The notes: generated by a model not told the origin, from the sequence alone. DNA of 64,000 nt from Candidatus Krumholzibacteriia bacterium (GCA_963836185.1 CAWIIQ010000001.1:1792001-1856000); one strand, 5' to 3'. Positions 28,427 to 41,072 are shown, counted from the first letter of the stretch. Program-made: numbers and translations.

Positions 28427-30895
28427 CTATTCAGGCTGGCACGAATCGACTTTCTTGCTCTCGGCCACGAATATCAGGCCCTTGGCAGATGGATCCGCGG
28501 TGATCTTCAGAGTATCGTTCCGGCTTATCTCGCCACCGAGCATCTTCTCGCTCAGCGGATCCTCGAGAAGCTTCTGAATAGCTCTCTTGAGCGGCCTTGC
28601 CCCGAGAGCAGGATCGTATCCATTGTCCAGGATGAAACCCTTCGCTTCCTCCGTGATCTCGAAATCGAGATGCATCGCCTCGAGCCTGCTGTAGAGGTCC
28701 TTTAAAAGGATCTCGATGATCTCCATCAGGTCCTTGCGGTCGAGCTGCCTGAAGACGATCAGTTCGTCGATCCTGTTTATGAATTCGGGATTGAATATCT
28801 GTCTTGCCGCATCCATGATCTTGCTCTTCATGTGATCGTAACCGGCATCGGCCCCTCCGTCATCGGAGACGAATCCCATCCCCTTCGTTCCCTTGACTTC
28901 CTTGGCGCCGGCGTTCGAGGTCATGATCAGGACAGTGTTCTTGAAATCGACCCTGCGTCCGAACGAATCGGTCAGGCTCCCCTCCTCAAGTATCTGAAGC
29001 AGGAGGTTGAATACGTCCGGATGAGCCTTCTCGATCTCGTCGAGAAGGACGACAGAATAAGGTTTGCGTCTGACCTTCTCGGTGAGCTGTCCGCCCTCCT
29101 CATAGCCCACATATCCGGGAGGCGCGCCGACGAGCCTGGAGATAGCGAACTTCTCCATGTACTCCGACATGTCTATCTGGATAAGCGCGTCCTCGCTCTC
29201 GAACAGGGTAGCCGAGAGTGTCCTTGCCAGCTCGGTCTTGCCGACGCCTGTCGGCCCGAGGAATACGAACGAGCCGATAGGCCTTCGCGGATCGCGAAGG
29301 CCGGCCCTGTTCCTTCTAACGGCCCTGGCGACCGACTTGAGCGCCGGCTCCTGGCCGACGACCCTTTTGCGCAGCTCGTCTTCGAGGTTGAGAAGCTTGA
29401 CCGTCTCCTCCTCCTCGACATCGGCTACGGGAATACCGGTCATTTCGGAGATGACATTGGCAACATCCTTGGCCGTGACGATCGATTCACTCTCCTGTCT
29501 CGACTCGGCCCATTCCCTGTGCCTGTCCTTCAGGGTGGAGCGTAGCTCCTTTTCCTGGTCCCTGAATGAGGCTGCCTTCTCGAACTCCTGGGCCTGGATC
29601 GATGATTCCTTCTCCTTGGATATATCCTCGATCTGCCTTTCCATCTCTCGCAGCTCCTCGGGGATCGTGGTGACCGAAAGCCTGGCCCTGGCGCCGGCCT
29701 CATCGATCACGTCGATCGCCTTGTCGGGCAGGAAGCGTCCCTGCACATACCGCTGGCTGAGATGGACCGACTGGTTTATCGCGTCATCAGTGAATTTGGT
29801 CCTGTGATGAGCCTCGTACTTGTCGCGCAGCCCGAGAATTATCTGGATAGTCTCATCCTCGGTCGGCGGATTGATCATGATCGACTGGAATCTGCGCTCT
29901 AGCGCGCCGTCCTTCTCGATATGCTTCCTGTACTCATCGAGGGTAGTCGCTCCTATGCACTGTATCTCGCCCCTCGCCAGTGCGGGTTTGAGCATGTTCG
30001 AGGCATCTATGGCACCCTCGGCCCCACCGGCTCCGACGATCGTATGTATCTCATCGATGAAGATGATTATCTGGTCATTGTCGCGGATCTCCGCGATGAT
30101 ATTCTTAAGACGTTCCTCGAACTGTCCTCTGTATTTCGTTCCTGCTACAACAGATGCCAGATCGAGCGTCGTTATTCTCTTGTCCTTGAGAAGTTCGGGT
30201 ACCTTGTTCGCCATGATCTTCTGGGCGAGGCCCTCGATGATGGCGGTCTTCCCCACACCCGGCTCTCCGATCAGAACGGGGTTATTCTTTTTCCTCCTGC
30301 ACAGTATCTGGGTGATCCTGCCGATCTCCTTGTCACGTCCTATGATCGGATCGAGCTTGTTGTCCCTCGCAAGCTCGGTGAGGTCCCGTCCGAACTGGTC
30401 GAGCGTCGGGGTCTCGCTCTTCGCCGCCTTGCCACGCTCGGAGCCTCGTCCCGCGCCTCCCTGGTGGATCATCTTCATGATCTCTTCACGGACCCTTTTG
30501 CGGTCCACGCCCAGTTCGAGGAGGACTCGCGCGGCGACTCCTTCCCCCTCCCGGATCAGTCCGAGGAGAAGATGCTCTGTACCGACATAATTGTGCCCGA
30601 GGAGCCTGGCCTCTTCGATCGAGAGCTCGAGGACCCTCTTTCCTCTCGGAGTCAACGGCACCTCGCCGAGGGTCAGCGTATCGCCGCTCGGCCTGACGAT
30701 ATTCTCTATCGCCTGCTGTATCTGATCGAGATCGAGATCGAGTTTCTGCAGTACCCGCGCGGCGATTCCCTCTCCCTCGCGGACTATGCCGAGCAGGAGA
30801 TGCTCGGTTCCGATGTAATCATGCTGCAGCCTGTTCGCCTCGTCACGCGCAAGGTATATGACTTTTCTGACCCGCTCTGTGAACTTGTCGTTCAT
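28427..30895 (-). CDS. clpC: ATP-dependent Clp protease ATPase ClpC
   Basis: Two Clp-N repeats, GEPGVGKT, UVR motif, GPTGVGKT, GARPLKR. Confidence 0.96.
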   Translation of the reverse strand: MNDKFTERVRKVIYLARDEANRLQHDYIGTEHLLLGIVREGEGIAARVLQKLDLDLDQIQQAIENIVRPSGDTLTLGEVPLTPRGKRVLELSIEEARLLGHNYVGTEHLLLGLIREGEGVAARVLLELGVDRKRVREEIMKMIHQGGAGRGSERGKAAKSETPTLDQFGRDLTELARDNKLDPIIGRDKEIGRITQILCRRKKNNPVLIGEPGVGKTAIIEGLAQKIMANKVPELLKDKRITTLDLASVVAGTKYRGQFEERLKNIIAEIRDNDQIIIFIDEIHTIVGAGGAEGAIDASNMLKPALARGEIQCIGATTLDEYRKHIEKDGALERRFQSIMINPPTEDETIQIILGLRDKYEAHHRTKFTDDAINQSVHLSQRYVQGRFLPDKAIDVIDEAGARARLSVTTIPEELREMERQIEDISKEKESSIQAQEFEKAASFRDQEKELRSTLKDRHREWAESRQESESIVTAKDVANVISEMTGIPVADVEEEETVKLLNLEDELRKRVVGQEPALKSVARAVRRNRAGLRDPRRPIGSFVFLGPTGVGKTELARTLSATLFESEDALIQIDMSEYMEKFAISRLVGAPPGYVGYEEGGQLTEKVRRKPYSVVLLDEIEKAHPDVFNLLLQILEEGSLTDSFGRRVDFKNTVLIMTSNAGAKEVKGTKGMGFVSDDGGADAGYDHMKSKIMDAARQIFNPEFINRIDELIVFRQLDRKDLMEIIEILLKDLYSRLEAMHLDFEITEEAKGFILDNGYDPALGARPLKRAIQKLLEDPLSEKMLGGEISRNDTLKITADPSAKGLIFVAESKKVDSCQPE

Positions 30896-30934
30896 GTGCC
30901 CTGGTCTTCCTTTCCCCAGGCGGACCCGGCGTCT

Positions 30935-31997
30935 TCAGGACGCCTTCAGCCTCGACCTGATGTAATCAGCCCTGCTCCTGTCACGCTCGTCCGGTCCCAT
31001 GACCTTCTCGTAGAGCATCTGGAGATGCATCGGCTGAATCATTATCAGCATCTCGTTGAGAACAGACAGCCCCGTACCGGTGATGATCCCGAGACCGACA
31101 CCGAGACGGACCGCCGAGATGAGCCCCATGGCTTCCCTGGAATCGAGCATCCTCGCATTCCTCAGAAGGCCCTAGGCTCTCCATATCTTGTCTTCGAGCA
31201 AACTCCGTGCCTCTTTGAGAAGGCGTTTCACGAGCTTTCTTCTCGAATTCGAGCACTTTACGTATATGCGCGTCCATGTTCTTTACTGTATCTGACTCGG
31301 AGAGGCCGAGAGTGATCGAGTTCGATATCTGGAAAAAATTACCCCCCACCTCACTGCCTTCCCCATAACCACCTCTTACACTTAACCTTACATGTCTCAG
31401 ACCATCGGAGACCTGTCTGATGTCTCCATTATGCACCAGCCCGGGGAGATGGACCATCGCCGAGACCCGCAGCCCTGTCCCGACATTCGTGGCACAGGCC
31501 GTGAGGTATCCGTAACGGTCGGAAAAGGCGAATTCAAGGGAACTGTCGAGTTCGTCGTCGAGACGGCTTACCCGCTCGAAGGCCTCGCTGAGCGCCAGCC
31601 CCGCCTCAAAAGACTGAAGCCTGAGATGGTCCTCGTCATTTATCATGACGCTGAGCTTTTCGCCTTTCACCACGACAAGTCCGCGGTCTGCGTACCTTTT
31701 GACCATAGCCTGGGATATGAGCCTTCTCTCGGCAAGGATCATACGATCCGGTTCAGTCGTCTCGTTCATATCGAAAAATACGGAGTCCTTCATCGAGGGA
31801 GCCAGCTCAAGCGCGCCCCTCGCCTCGCTCCAGGACCGTTTCGAGCTCGGAGGCATCGGCGCAGTGAGTGAAGGTCCTGCCCTCTATATTCCGGGCCAGC
31901 CTGACCCGGGTGGAAAGGACAAGTTCACTCTCCTCCCATCCTCGGTGAGCCAGGAGGCAGGGGTCTTCAGAAGCGTCTGCAGCTCTTTCTGCTTCAC
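30935..31997 (-). CDS. mcsB: protein-arginine kinase McsB (3 apparent indels + in-frame TAG, probably sequence errors)
   Basis: Reconstructed VLSTRVRLARN, MINDEDHLRLQ, GYLTACATNVGTGLRVSAMVHLP, FQISN, LEDKIWRA*GLLRNAR, RADYIR; GTG 31997 overlaps mcsA stop. Confidence 0.88.
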
Positions 31998-32500
31998 TGC
32001 TCCTCGACCCCCTTCCTCAGGTCGGCGATCTCATCCCGCAGACGCGCGGCCCTCTCGTAATTCTCCACTTCCACCGAGACCCTCAGCTCGCCCTCGAGGG
32101 CGCGGATCCTCCGCCTCGCATTGACCTTCTCCGTGCAGTACCTCCGCGGGGACTTGCCGAGGTGCCTCGCGTTCCCGTGGATCCTCTTGAGGACCTTCGC
32201 GATATCCTCCCCGAACGAATCGTAACACTTCGAGCATCCCAGTTCCGCCGACTTGCTGAATGCCGCGTATGTCCTCCCGCAATGCTCGCACCTCCGCTCG
32301 GTGCCGCCTTCATTCTCCTGGTGCCGACGTCGACGAGTCCGGCAAGCAGGTCGTTCTTCTCGAAATTGCTTTTCTTGAGATAGTCGAATCCACGGGCCTC
32401 CGCGCAGGTCCGGCATATGTGGATCTTCTGCACGTCGTTTCCGACGACATTTGTAAAATGTATATTCGCGTCTGTTCTTCCTGCAGAACTGGCATTTCAT
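31994..32500 (-). CDS. mcsA: McsA (CxxC zinc/UVR protein), two compensating indels
   Basis: MKCQFC..HICRTCA..CEHCG..LGCSKCY..IHG..HLGK..ENYERAARLRDEI. Confidence 0.88.
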   Translation of the reverse strand: MKCQFCRKNRREYTFYKCRRKRRAEDPHMPDLRGGPWIRLSQEKQFREERPACRTRRRRHQENEGGTERRCEHCGRTYAAFSKSAELGCSKCYDSFGEDIAKVLKRIHGNARHLGKSPRRYCTEKVNARRRIRALEGELRVSVEVENYERAARLRDEIADLRKGVEEQ

Positions 32501-32504
32501 ATCT

Positions 32505-33186
32505 TTATCGCTCCGCCTGCAGGAGCTTTCCTCCCTCCAGCACGAATCCGCGGTCGGCTCTCTGGAGGAGTTCCCTCTTGTGAGTGACCACTACGAAAGT
32601 CTGGTTCTTCGACCGGCTCAGTTCCAGTATAAGCGAGTGCAGCATCTCGCTGTTTTCCTCATCGAGGTTGCCCGAAGGTTCATCGGCAAGGACGATCGCC
32701 GGATTCGTTCATAAGCGCCCTGGCCACCGCTACACGCTGCTGCTCTCCTCCTGAGAGCTCGGCGGGCCTGTGAGTGATCCTCTCCGCGAGGCCGACCTCA
32801 GAGAGAAGATGTGTGGCTCTTTCCTCGGATCCATGATCCGTCCCGCTCCTGAGAACGGCCGGCATCATGACATTCTCAAGGGCATCGAACTCGGGCAGAA
32901 GGTAGTGAAACTGAAATACGAATCCGAGGTCCCTGTTCCTGATCTCGTTGAGTTCCTTCTCAGGAACGGAGAAGGGGTCCCTGCCCCTGACAAGCACCTG
33001 GCCGCTGTCAGGGCTGTCGAGAGTTCCGAGCACATGGAGCAGTGTCGATTTGCCCGCGCCGGAGGCGCCGAGGATCGCGACGACCTCTCCCCCTTCCGCC
33101 TTGAAATCGATCCCCCTGAGGACCTCGATATCTCCCTTGCGGCTCTTGAAACTCTTCGTGACATCTTCAGCTCTGAGAATGCTCAT
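32505..33186 (-). CDS. lolD: lipoprotein-releasing ABC ATPase LolD (1-nt insertion near 32706)
   Basis: GASGAGKST, GFVFQFHYLLPEF, LSGGEQQR; the other frame continues IVLADEPSGNLD..VVTH to TAA 32505. Confidence 0.9.
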
Positions 33187-33258
33187 AACCTATCACCTGT
33201 ATGAAATATACGTCCCAGTGCCCCGCGGAGCAACAGCGGCCGCGGTCAGTATCCACGA

Positions 33259-34518
33259 TCAATCGTACTTTATCGCGTCGAGAGGCGACATATTGCATGC
33301 CTCCCAGCTCGGGTAGAGGGTCGCCGCGAAGGATATCAGAAGCGCCGCCCCTGAGACCATAAGGACATCGACGGTCCTGACCACCACGGGAAGAGTATTG
33401 ATAAAATAGACGTCGGCGGGCAGATCGAGCTCGACCGCCGAAAGCAGGGCGCAGATGCCCAGTCCCGCCGCGACACCCAGGAGCGTACCGAGCGCCCCGA
33501 TGATCGTCCCCTCCATCATGAATATCGACATTATCCCTCTCGATGAGGCGCCCATCGACCTCAGTATCCCTATCTCGCTCCGTTTTTCCATGATGACCAT
33601 CGTCAGCATGCCGACGAGATTGAAGGCGGCGATCAGTATGATAAGCGTAAGGAGGAGAAACATCAGGATCTTCTCGACCTTTATGTAGCTGAAGAGGTTC
33701 CTGTTCATCCTTATCCAGTTGTTCATACCGTAAGCGCCGCTCCGCTCCAGCCTTCTGTCGATCCGGTCCTCCGTCTCAGCCGCCTTCCAGATATCGGAAG
33801 TGCGGACACCGATGCCCCTTGTCGACGCCTCGAAATCGAAGAAATCCTCCGCCTGCCCGATATCGATATAGGCGAATCGCGAATCGAATTCGAATACGCC
33901 CGTCTTGAAGAAGCCGAGGACCCGGAAATCCCTCGTCCTCGGCTGGATCTCTCCCATCCTCATCTCGGCCGGAGCGCTGACAAGGGTGATGATCTCGCCG
34001 AGATAGACTTTCAGGTCGTCGCCGAGGTCCTGGCCGATCACTATCCCCGGCAGATCCCTGCCGTCCTCGAAGCCGGTCGATTCAAACGACCTGATCGGCG
34101 GAACGAACGAATCTACTACAGCCGAGACGTTCCGTTCCGCGTCTATATCTACTCCCTTGACGATGACACCCTTCGTCTTGACCCTCATCCCGGGAATAAG
34201 CTCGTAGAAGAGCAGGGCCTCGCCCCTGATAAACGGCGAGGCGGAATCCACCCCTTCGACTTCTTCCACGATAGCGGTGACGCTGTCGATACCGGCCCAC
34301 GAGCCGGGCAGGCTCGCGAATACGATGACATGCGTGTTGAATTCGATTATCCTGCTGCGGAGCTCGCTCTCGAACCCGTTCATAAGCGAAAGGACGATTA
34401 TCAGCACCGACACTCCGACGAGAGTGCCTCCGACAGCGATCATCGTTACCCGCGATACGAATCCGCTGCGGCGCCTGGCCCGCAGATACCTGAGAGCTAT
34501 TGCCAGAGAGTAATGCAT
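33259..34518 (-). CDS. lolE: lipoprotein-releasing ABC permease LolC/E
   Basis: IALRYLR, VLSLMNGFE, AAFN, EKRSEIGILRSMGA, VYFINTLP, ATLYP. Confidence 0.92.
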   Translation of the reverse strand: MHYSLAIALRYLRARRRSGFVSRVTMIAVGGTLVGVSVLIIVLSLMNGFESELRSRIIEFNTHVIVFASLPGSWAGIDSVTAIVEEVEGVDSASPFIRGEALLFYELIPGMRVKTKGVIVKGVDIDAERNVSAVVDSFVPPIRSFESTGFEDGRDLPGIVIGQDLGDDLKVYLGEIITLVSAPAEMRMGEIQPRTRDFRVLGFFKTGVFEFDSRFAYIDIGQAEDFFDFEASTRGIGVRTSDIWKAAETEDRIDRRLERSGAYGMNNWIRMNRNLFSYIKVEKILMFLLLTLIILIAAFNLVGMLTMVIMEKRSEIGILRSMGASSRGIMSIFMMEGTIIGALGTLLGVAAGLGICALLSAVELDLPADVYFINTLPVVVRTVDVLMVSGAALLISFAATLYPSWEACNMSPLDAIKYD

Positions 34519-34525
34519 CGCTCTG

Positions 34526-36018
<1,493 letters not shown>

Positions 36019-36020
36019 CT

Positions 36021-37134
36021 TCAGCTCTTCCTTCCCTTCCATTTCAGATAACCTTCCATGAATTGTTCTATGGCCCCGTCCATAACGGCCGGGATGTTTC
36101 CGGTCTGGACCCCTGTCCTGTGGTCCTTCACCATCGTATATGGATGAAATACGTAACTCCTGATCTGGTTGCCCCAGGATATGTCCTTCTTTTCTCCGGC
36201 AGCGGCGTTCTGCTTCGCTGCCTCCTCTTCGCTCAGTTTCGTATATATGCGGGAGCGCAGGACCTTCATCGCCATCTCCCTGTTCCTGTGCTGCGACCGC
36301 TCGTTCTGGCACTGCACGACTATATTCGTGGGGAAATGGGTGATCCTTACCGCCGAGGAGGTCTTGTTGACATGCTGTCCGCCAGCGCCGCTCGCCCTGT
36401 ACGTATCGATACGGATATCATCGGGGTTGATCTCAACTTCTATGTTGTCGTCTATCTCCGGATAGACATGGACGGCGGCGAACGATGTGTGCCGCCTGTG
36501 ATTGGCATCGAAGGGTGATATCCTGACGAGCCTGTGGATCCCGCTCTCCGACTTGAGCCTGCCGAAAGCGAGATCGCCTTTCACCTCGAGGGTAGCGTTC
36601 TTTATCCCCGCCTCGTCGCCGGGCTGCAGGTCGAGCATCTTGAAGGTATATTCCTTCGTCTCGAGGAACCTCGTGTACATCCGCAGCAGCATCTCCGCCC
36701 AGTCCTGCGACTCTGTCCCACCAGCTCCCGGATGTATGTTAAGTATCGCGTTCCCGTGGTCGTTTTCCCCTGAGAGCAGGACGGCCATCTCGAATTCCGC
36801 GAGCTTCCTGTCGAGGTTACCCAGCTCATTGCAGATATCCTCGAGGATCGATTCGTCTTCCTCGCCGAGAGCGATCAGCTCGTTGAGCGAGTCGATATCA
36901 GACTTTATCTTTTTATAGGGATCGAGCCTGCTGTTGAGCGCCTTTAACCTCGACATGAGTTTTTCGGCGCCTTCCCTGTCATTCCAGAAATCAGGCGCGG
37001 TCATCTTCTTCTCTATCTCCGCCACCCCGGCCGTCAGCTTCTCGAGGTCAAAGATACTCCTTGAGGCTAAGCAGTTGCTCTTCCGCTCTTGCTACGGCTT
37101 CTGCCGCTTCCTTCGATGACAACCTCTCCTGCAT
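36021..37134 (-). CDS. prfB: peptide chain release factor 2 (programmed +1 frameshift)
   Basis: ATG 37134 MQERLSS...LKEYL, CTT-TGA-C shift, then GGTESQDW, SPF, GGQ, QIRSY. Confidence 0.96.
37047..37061 (-). promoter_or_regulatory. RF2 programmed frameshift signal
   Basis: AGGAG TAT CTT TGA C: internal SD, 3 nt, slippery CTT-TGA-C. Confidence 0.93.
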
Positions 37135-37755
37135 CAGTTTTTCCTCCGCGACCGGTTGTATTCCTCGAGAAACTCATCTCTGATACGCGCCGCTTTATTC
37201 CTGACTTTGTCGAGCGGAATATCGGTGTCCAGCCTGATACCGGCCTTTTCCCAGTCCGCGTACAGGTCCCTCTGGCGCTCGATGCGCAACACGGCTTCCT
37301 CACGATCGAAACCGTTCCTGCGCATCATCCTGCGTATGCGGACCTCTTCAGGCGCGTCGGTAAGCACCACGAGGTCCGCCTTGAGTCTGAATCTATACTG
37401 CAAAAACAGCACTGCATCAAGGACTATGTATTTCGAAGTCTCCGCCAGTTCGTTGAGTTTCTCCCTGGCCAGTTTCTTGACGTATGGACGGATCAGGACG
37501 TTCAGGCGATCGAGTTTCTTCTGGTCGGAAAAGACTGTGCCCGCAAGCCTCAGCCTTGAGACCTTCCCGTCAATCGCCCATGACACCGGAGCCGAACTCT
37601 TGCCCGAGCTTTTCGACGAATCCCGGGTCCTCCAGCGCCGCGTGGGCGAGCATGTCGGCGTCCACATAGACGCCGCCCTTTGCGGCCATGACCTTCGCCA
37701 CAGTCGATTTGCCCGAGGCGATAGGTCCCGTAACTACTATAAGAGGTACTCTCAT
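37134..37755 (-). CDS. coaE: dephospho-CoA kinase (1-nt insertion near 37578)
   Basis: TGPIASGKST, VDADMLAH; other frame continues LAGTVFSD..LN.LI.P..R..RRNG..RIERQ. Confidence 0.88.
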
Positions 37756-40466
37756 CCGTGCGCCTCCAGCCAGTCACTGCCTGAATCGACCTCGACTTTG
37801 AGAGGAACGTCGAGCTCCACGGCAGCTTCCATCTTGTTCCTGACAAGCTCTGTCACACGCTCTTGTTCATCGAGGGGCACGTCGAAGACGAGTTCGTCAT
37901 GTACCTGGAGCACCATCCTGGCTCCCAGCCCTTCTTCCATTATCGCGTCGTCGATATCGATCATCGCGATCTTTATCATGTCGGCTGCCGTCCCTTGTAT
38001 CGGCATGTTTACCGCTATCCTCTCCGCGAAGCTGCGCAACCTGCCGTCACCTGAATCTATCTCGGGGAGTGGACGGCGCCTTCCCAGCAGAGTTTCCGCG
38101 TAGCCCTTTTCACGGGCGCTTTCCTTTGAGCTGTCGATAAAATCCCTGATCCCGGGGTATTTTTCAAAATACTCGTCTATGAACTCCTTCGCCTCGTCGA
38201 ACGGGATCCTCAGCTGCTGGGACAGCGCCCTGGGACCCTGCCCGTACATCACCCCGAAGTTGATCGTCTTGGCTCGCGAACGCATGTCATGAGTGACGTC
38301 TTTCACCTCCACACCGAATATCCTCGCCGCGGTACGCGTGTGGATGTCGGCCTTTTCCCTGAATGCCGCGACCAGCTCAGGATCGCCGGAAAGATGAGCC
38401 ATTATCCTCAGCTCTATCTGGGAGTAGTCGGCGTCGACTAGGACGTTCCCCTTCCTCGGTATGAACGCCTCCCTGATGCGCCTGCCCATCTCGGTCCGGA
38501 TCGGGATGTTCTGCAGATTCGGATCGCTCGACGACAGGCGGCCTGTGGCCGTTACTGTCTGGTTGAACGATGTGTGTATCCGCCCCGTCTTCGAGCTGAC
38601 CAGTTTCGGGAGAGCGTCTATATAAGTGCCTGACAGTTTTGTCAGTTGCCTGTACTCCAGTATCAGTCCAGCTATCGGATTCTCCACGGCGAGCTCGGTA
38701 AGGACCCTCACATCGGTGGATCGGCCCGTTTTGGTCTTCCTCGAGGAAGGAAGGCCCAGTTTCTCAAAAAGTATCTCCTGAAGCTGCTTCCCGGAATTGA
38801 TGTTGAAGGTCTCACCGGCCAGATCGTAGATCTCGCCGGTCAGCCTGTCGAGCTCGGCCGCGACCTTGCCGGAGAGAGCTTTCAGCTTCTTCGTATCGAC
38901 TCCCATCCCTTCGAGTTCCATACCCTTGAGAACGAAGCTGAGCGGCATCTCGATATCGGCAAAGAGTACGCCTGCCTCTGTATTGTCGAGTTCCGGTTCG
39001 AAGAGCTCACGGAGCCGCAGCGTGAAATCGGCATCCTCGCAAGCGTAATATGACAGTCTTTCGAGTGGAACTGTCCTGATGTCCTTCGTCCGGTCACCCT
39101 TCTCGAAAAGATCCTGGTAAGGGATCATCCTGTGTCGGAAATGATCCATCGAGAGGTTGTCGAGCGAGTGAGAACGTCTCGAGGGGTCGAGGCAGTACGA
39201 AGCGATCATCGTATCCCATTTTACGTTCTCGACCGGGAGCCCGTGCGCTTCGAGCACCTTCAGGTCATACTTGATATTGTGGCCTGTCTTCTCCGTGTCT
39301 CCGCTCTCCAGGACAGGGCCGAGCACCTCCCTCACCTTATCGAGAGGGATGCCGGCCGATTCTTCCTCCAGGTCGAACAGGCCCGTTTTCTCTTTTACCC
39401 CGCGTGACTCGACGGGGACATAGAAGGCCCTGCCTTCCTCGCAGCAGAACGAGATCCCGACCAGTTCTGCCTCGAGCGGATCAAGCGACGTAGTCTCTGT
39501 ATCGAGCGCGAATGCTCCAGCTTCGGTCAAGATCGAGGCGAGGCCCTGCAATCCCGTCTCTTCGACCGTGGCATATTCCACTGCCGATTCCGGGACGCTC
39601 CGGCCCAGGTCGAGCTCCTTGATAACCTGATTGAATTCGAGGTCAAGAAGCAGGTCAAGAAGGGTATCGTCGTCCCTCTCTCCCGGTACGAGCTGGTCAC
39701 AGGAAATATCGAGCGGAACATCGATGAGCGTGACCAGTTCCTTCGACATCAGCGCGTCTTCCACTCCTTCCTCTATCTTTCTGCGAATGTGCGCCGGCTC
39801 GATCTCCGCGCTCTTCTCCAGGATCGCGTCGAGAGAACCAAAATCCTGAAGAAGTTTCACTGCCGTCTTCTCGCCTATACCTCTTACACCGGGGATATTG
39901 TCCGCGCTGTCGCCCATCAGGGCGAGCAGGTCGGCCACCTGACCGGGGAGAAGACCGTATTTTTCATCGACCAGCTCGGGACCTGCCACATCCTTGAGAT
40001 TGGTCCCCCTGCCGGGCCGTATGATCCTGACGTGGTCGGAAAGGAGCTGGAAGAGATCCTTGTCTCCCGTTACTATCCTCACGTCTATACCTTTCGCCTC
40101 TGCCTCCCTCGCCAGGGTCGCGATGATATCGTCCGCCTCATATCCTGGTTTTAATATGACCGGTATTCCCATCGCTTCGAGCATCTCGACGATTACGGGA
40201 AACTGCGGAGACAGATCGTCGGGCATCTCTTCCCTTTGAGCCTTGTAGTCGGAATATTCCCTGTGGCGCTCAGTCTCCTCCTCGCTGTCGAATACGCAAG
40301 CGAACATCTCGGGGTGGTACGTATCTGTGAGCTGGAGGACCGCTCGCAGGAATCCGTATACAGCGCTCGTGTTATCCCCGCGCGCGTTTGTCAGCGGGTT
40401 GTGTATAAATGCGAAATACGACCTGTAGGCGATGGCGTGCCCGTCGATCAGGTAAAGTGCCATCAT
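37752..40466 (-). CDS. polA: DNA polymerase I
   Basis: 5'-exonuclease (LIDG, YEADD, GDKD), DTETT, TGRLSSSDPNLQNIP, DYSQIELR, QVHDEL. Confidence 0.97.
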   Translation of the reverse strand: MMALYLIDGHAIAYRSYFAFIHNPLTNARGDNTSAVYGFLRAVLQLTDTYHPEMFACVFDSEEETERHREYSDYKAQREEMPDDLSPQFPVIVEMLEAMGIPVILKPGYEADDIIATLAREAEAKGIDVRIVTGDKDLFQLLSDHVRIIRPGRGTNLKDVAGPELVDEKYGLLPGQVADLLALMGDSADNIPGVRGIGEKTAVKLLQDFGSLDAILEKSAEIEPAHIRRKIEEGVEDALMSKELVTLIDVPLDISCDQLVPGERDDDTLLDLLLDLEFNQVIKELDLGRSVPESAVEYATVEETGLQGLASILTEAGAFALDTETTSLDPLEAELVGISFCCEEGRAFYVPVESRGVKEKTGLFDLEEESAGIPLDKVREVLGPVLESGDTEKTGHNIKYDLKVLEAHGLPVENVKWDTMIASYCLDPSRRSHSLDNLSMDHFRHRMIPYQDLFEKGDRTKDIRTVPLERLSYYACEDADFTLRLRELFEPELDNTEAGVLFADIEMPLSFVLKGMELEGMGVDTKKLKALSGKVAAELDRLTGEIYDLAGETFNINSGKQLQEILFEKLGLPSSRKTKTGRSTDVRVLTELAVENPIAGLILEYRQLTKLSGTYIDALPKLVSSKTGRIHTSFNQTVTATGRLSSSDPNLQNIPIRTEMGRRIREAFIPRKGNVLVDADYSQIELRIMAHLSGDPELVAAFREKADIHTRTAARIFGVEVKDVTHDMRSRAKTINFGVMYGQGPRALSQQLRIPFDEAKEFIDEYFEKYPGIRDFIDSSKESAREKGYAETLLGRRRPLPEIDSGDGRLRSFAERIAVNMPIQGTAADMIKIAMIDIDDAIMEEGLGARMVLQVHDELVFDVPLDEQERVTELVRNKMEAAVELDVPLKVEVDSGSDWLEAHG

Positions 40467-40478
40467 CTCCCCCCGTCA

Positions 40479-41072
40479 TCAGGTGTCAGAATAGAGCCCA
40501 ATGTCGCCGATATACCGCTCGACCGGTTCAGGTACGAGATACCGGATCGTACGGCCGCCGCGGACCCGGCTGCGCACCCCGCTCGACGAAATCATGTTCG
40601 CGCCCGTTTCGATGATCATCACGGCGGCCCCGGGCGGAGGCGCGGGCAGCTGCTCGCTCCCCGGTCTCATCATCGAGATAATCGTGGCATTGTCGAATAT
40701 CTCCGATGGATTCCTCCACTTCCCCATCTCGGCGAACGAATCACTGCCGACGATGAGGTGAAGCTGCTCCCTGCCGTATCCGGCCCGCGAGTAATGAAGG
40801 ACAGATTCCCAAGTGTATGACGGGCCGTCTGATCCCTCAAGGAGGGAAAGCTCGAAGAGCTTGTTTCCCTCGATCGCGAGACGGACCATCTCGATACGGT
40901 CCTCGAATGGTGATAGTATTCTTCCGGTCTTGTGAGGTGGCGCCGCTGTCGGGGTGAAAAGCACCCTGTCGAGGCCCGCGAAATCGGCGGCCATCTGCGC
41001 AAGGATCAGGTGCCCGGTATGCACTGGATCGAACGATCCCCCGAACAGCCCTATCCTCTCTTCATCAGCCAC
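40479..41072 (-). CDS. nadD: nicotinate-nucleotide adenylyltransferase
   Basis: GGSFDPVHTGH, PPHK, SYT, GSDS..W, ISSS.VR. Confidence 0.93.
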   Translation of the reverse strand: MADEERIGLFGGSFDPVHTGHLILAQMAADFAGLDRVLFTPTAAPPHKTGRILSPFEDRIEMVRLAIEGNKLFELSLLEGSDGPSYTWESVLHYSRAGYGREQLHLIVGSDSFAEMGKWRNPSEIFDNATIISMMRPGSEQLPAPPPGAAVMIIETGANMISSSGVRSRVRGGRTIRYLVPEPVERYIGDIGLYSDT

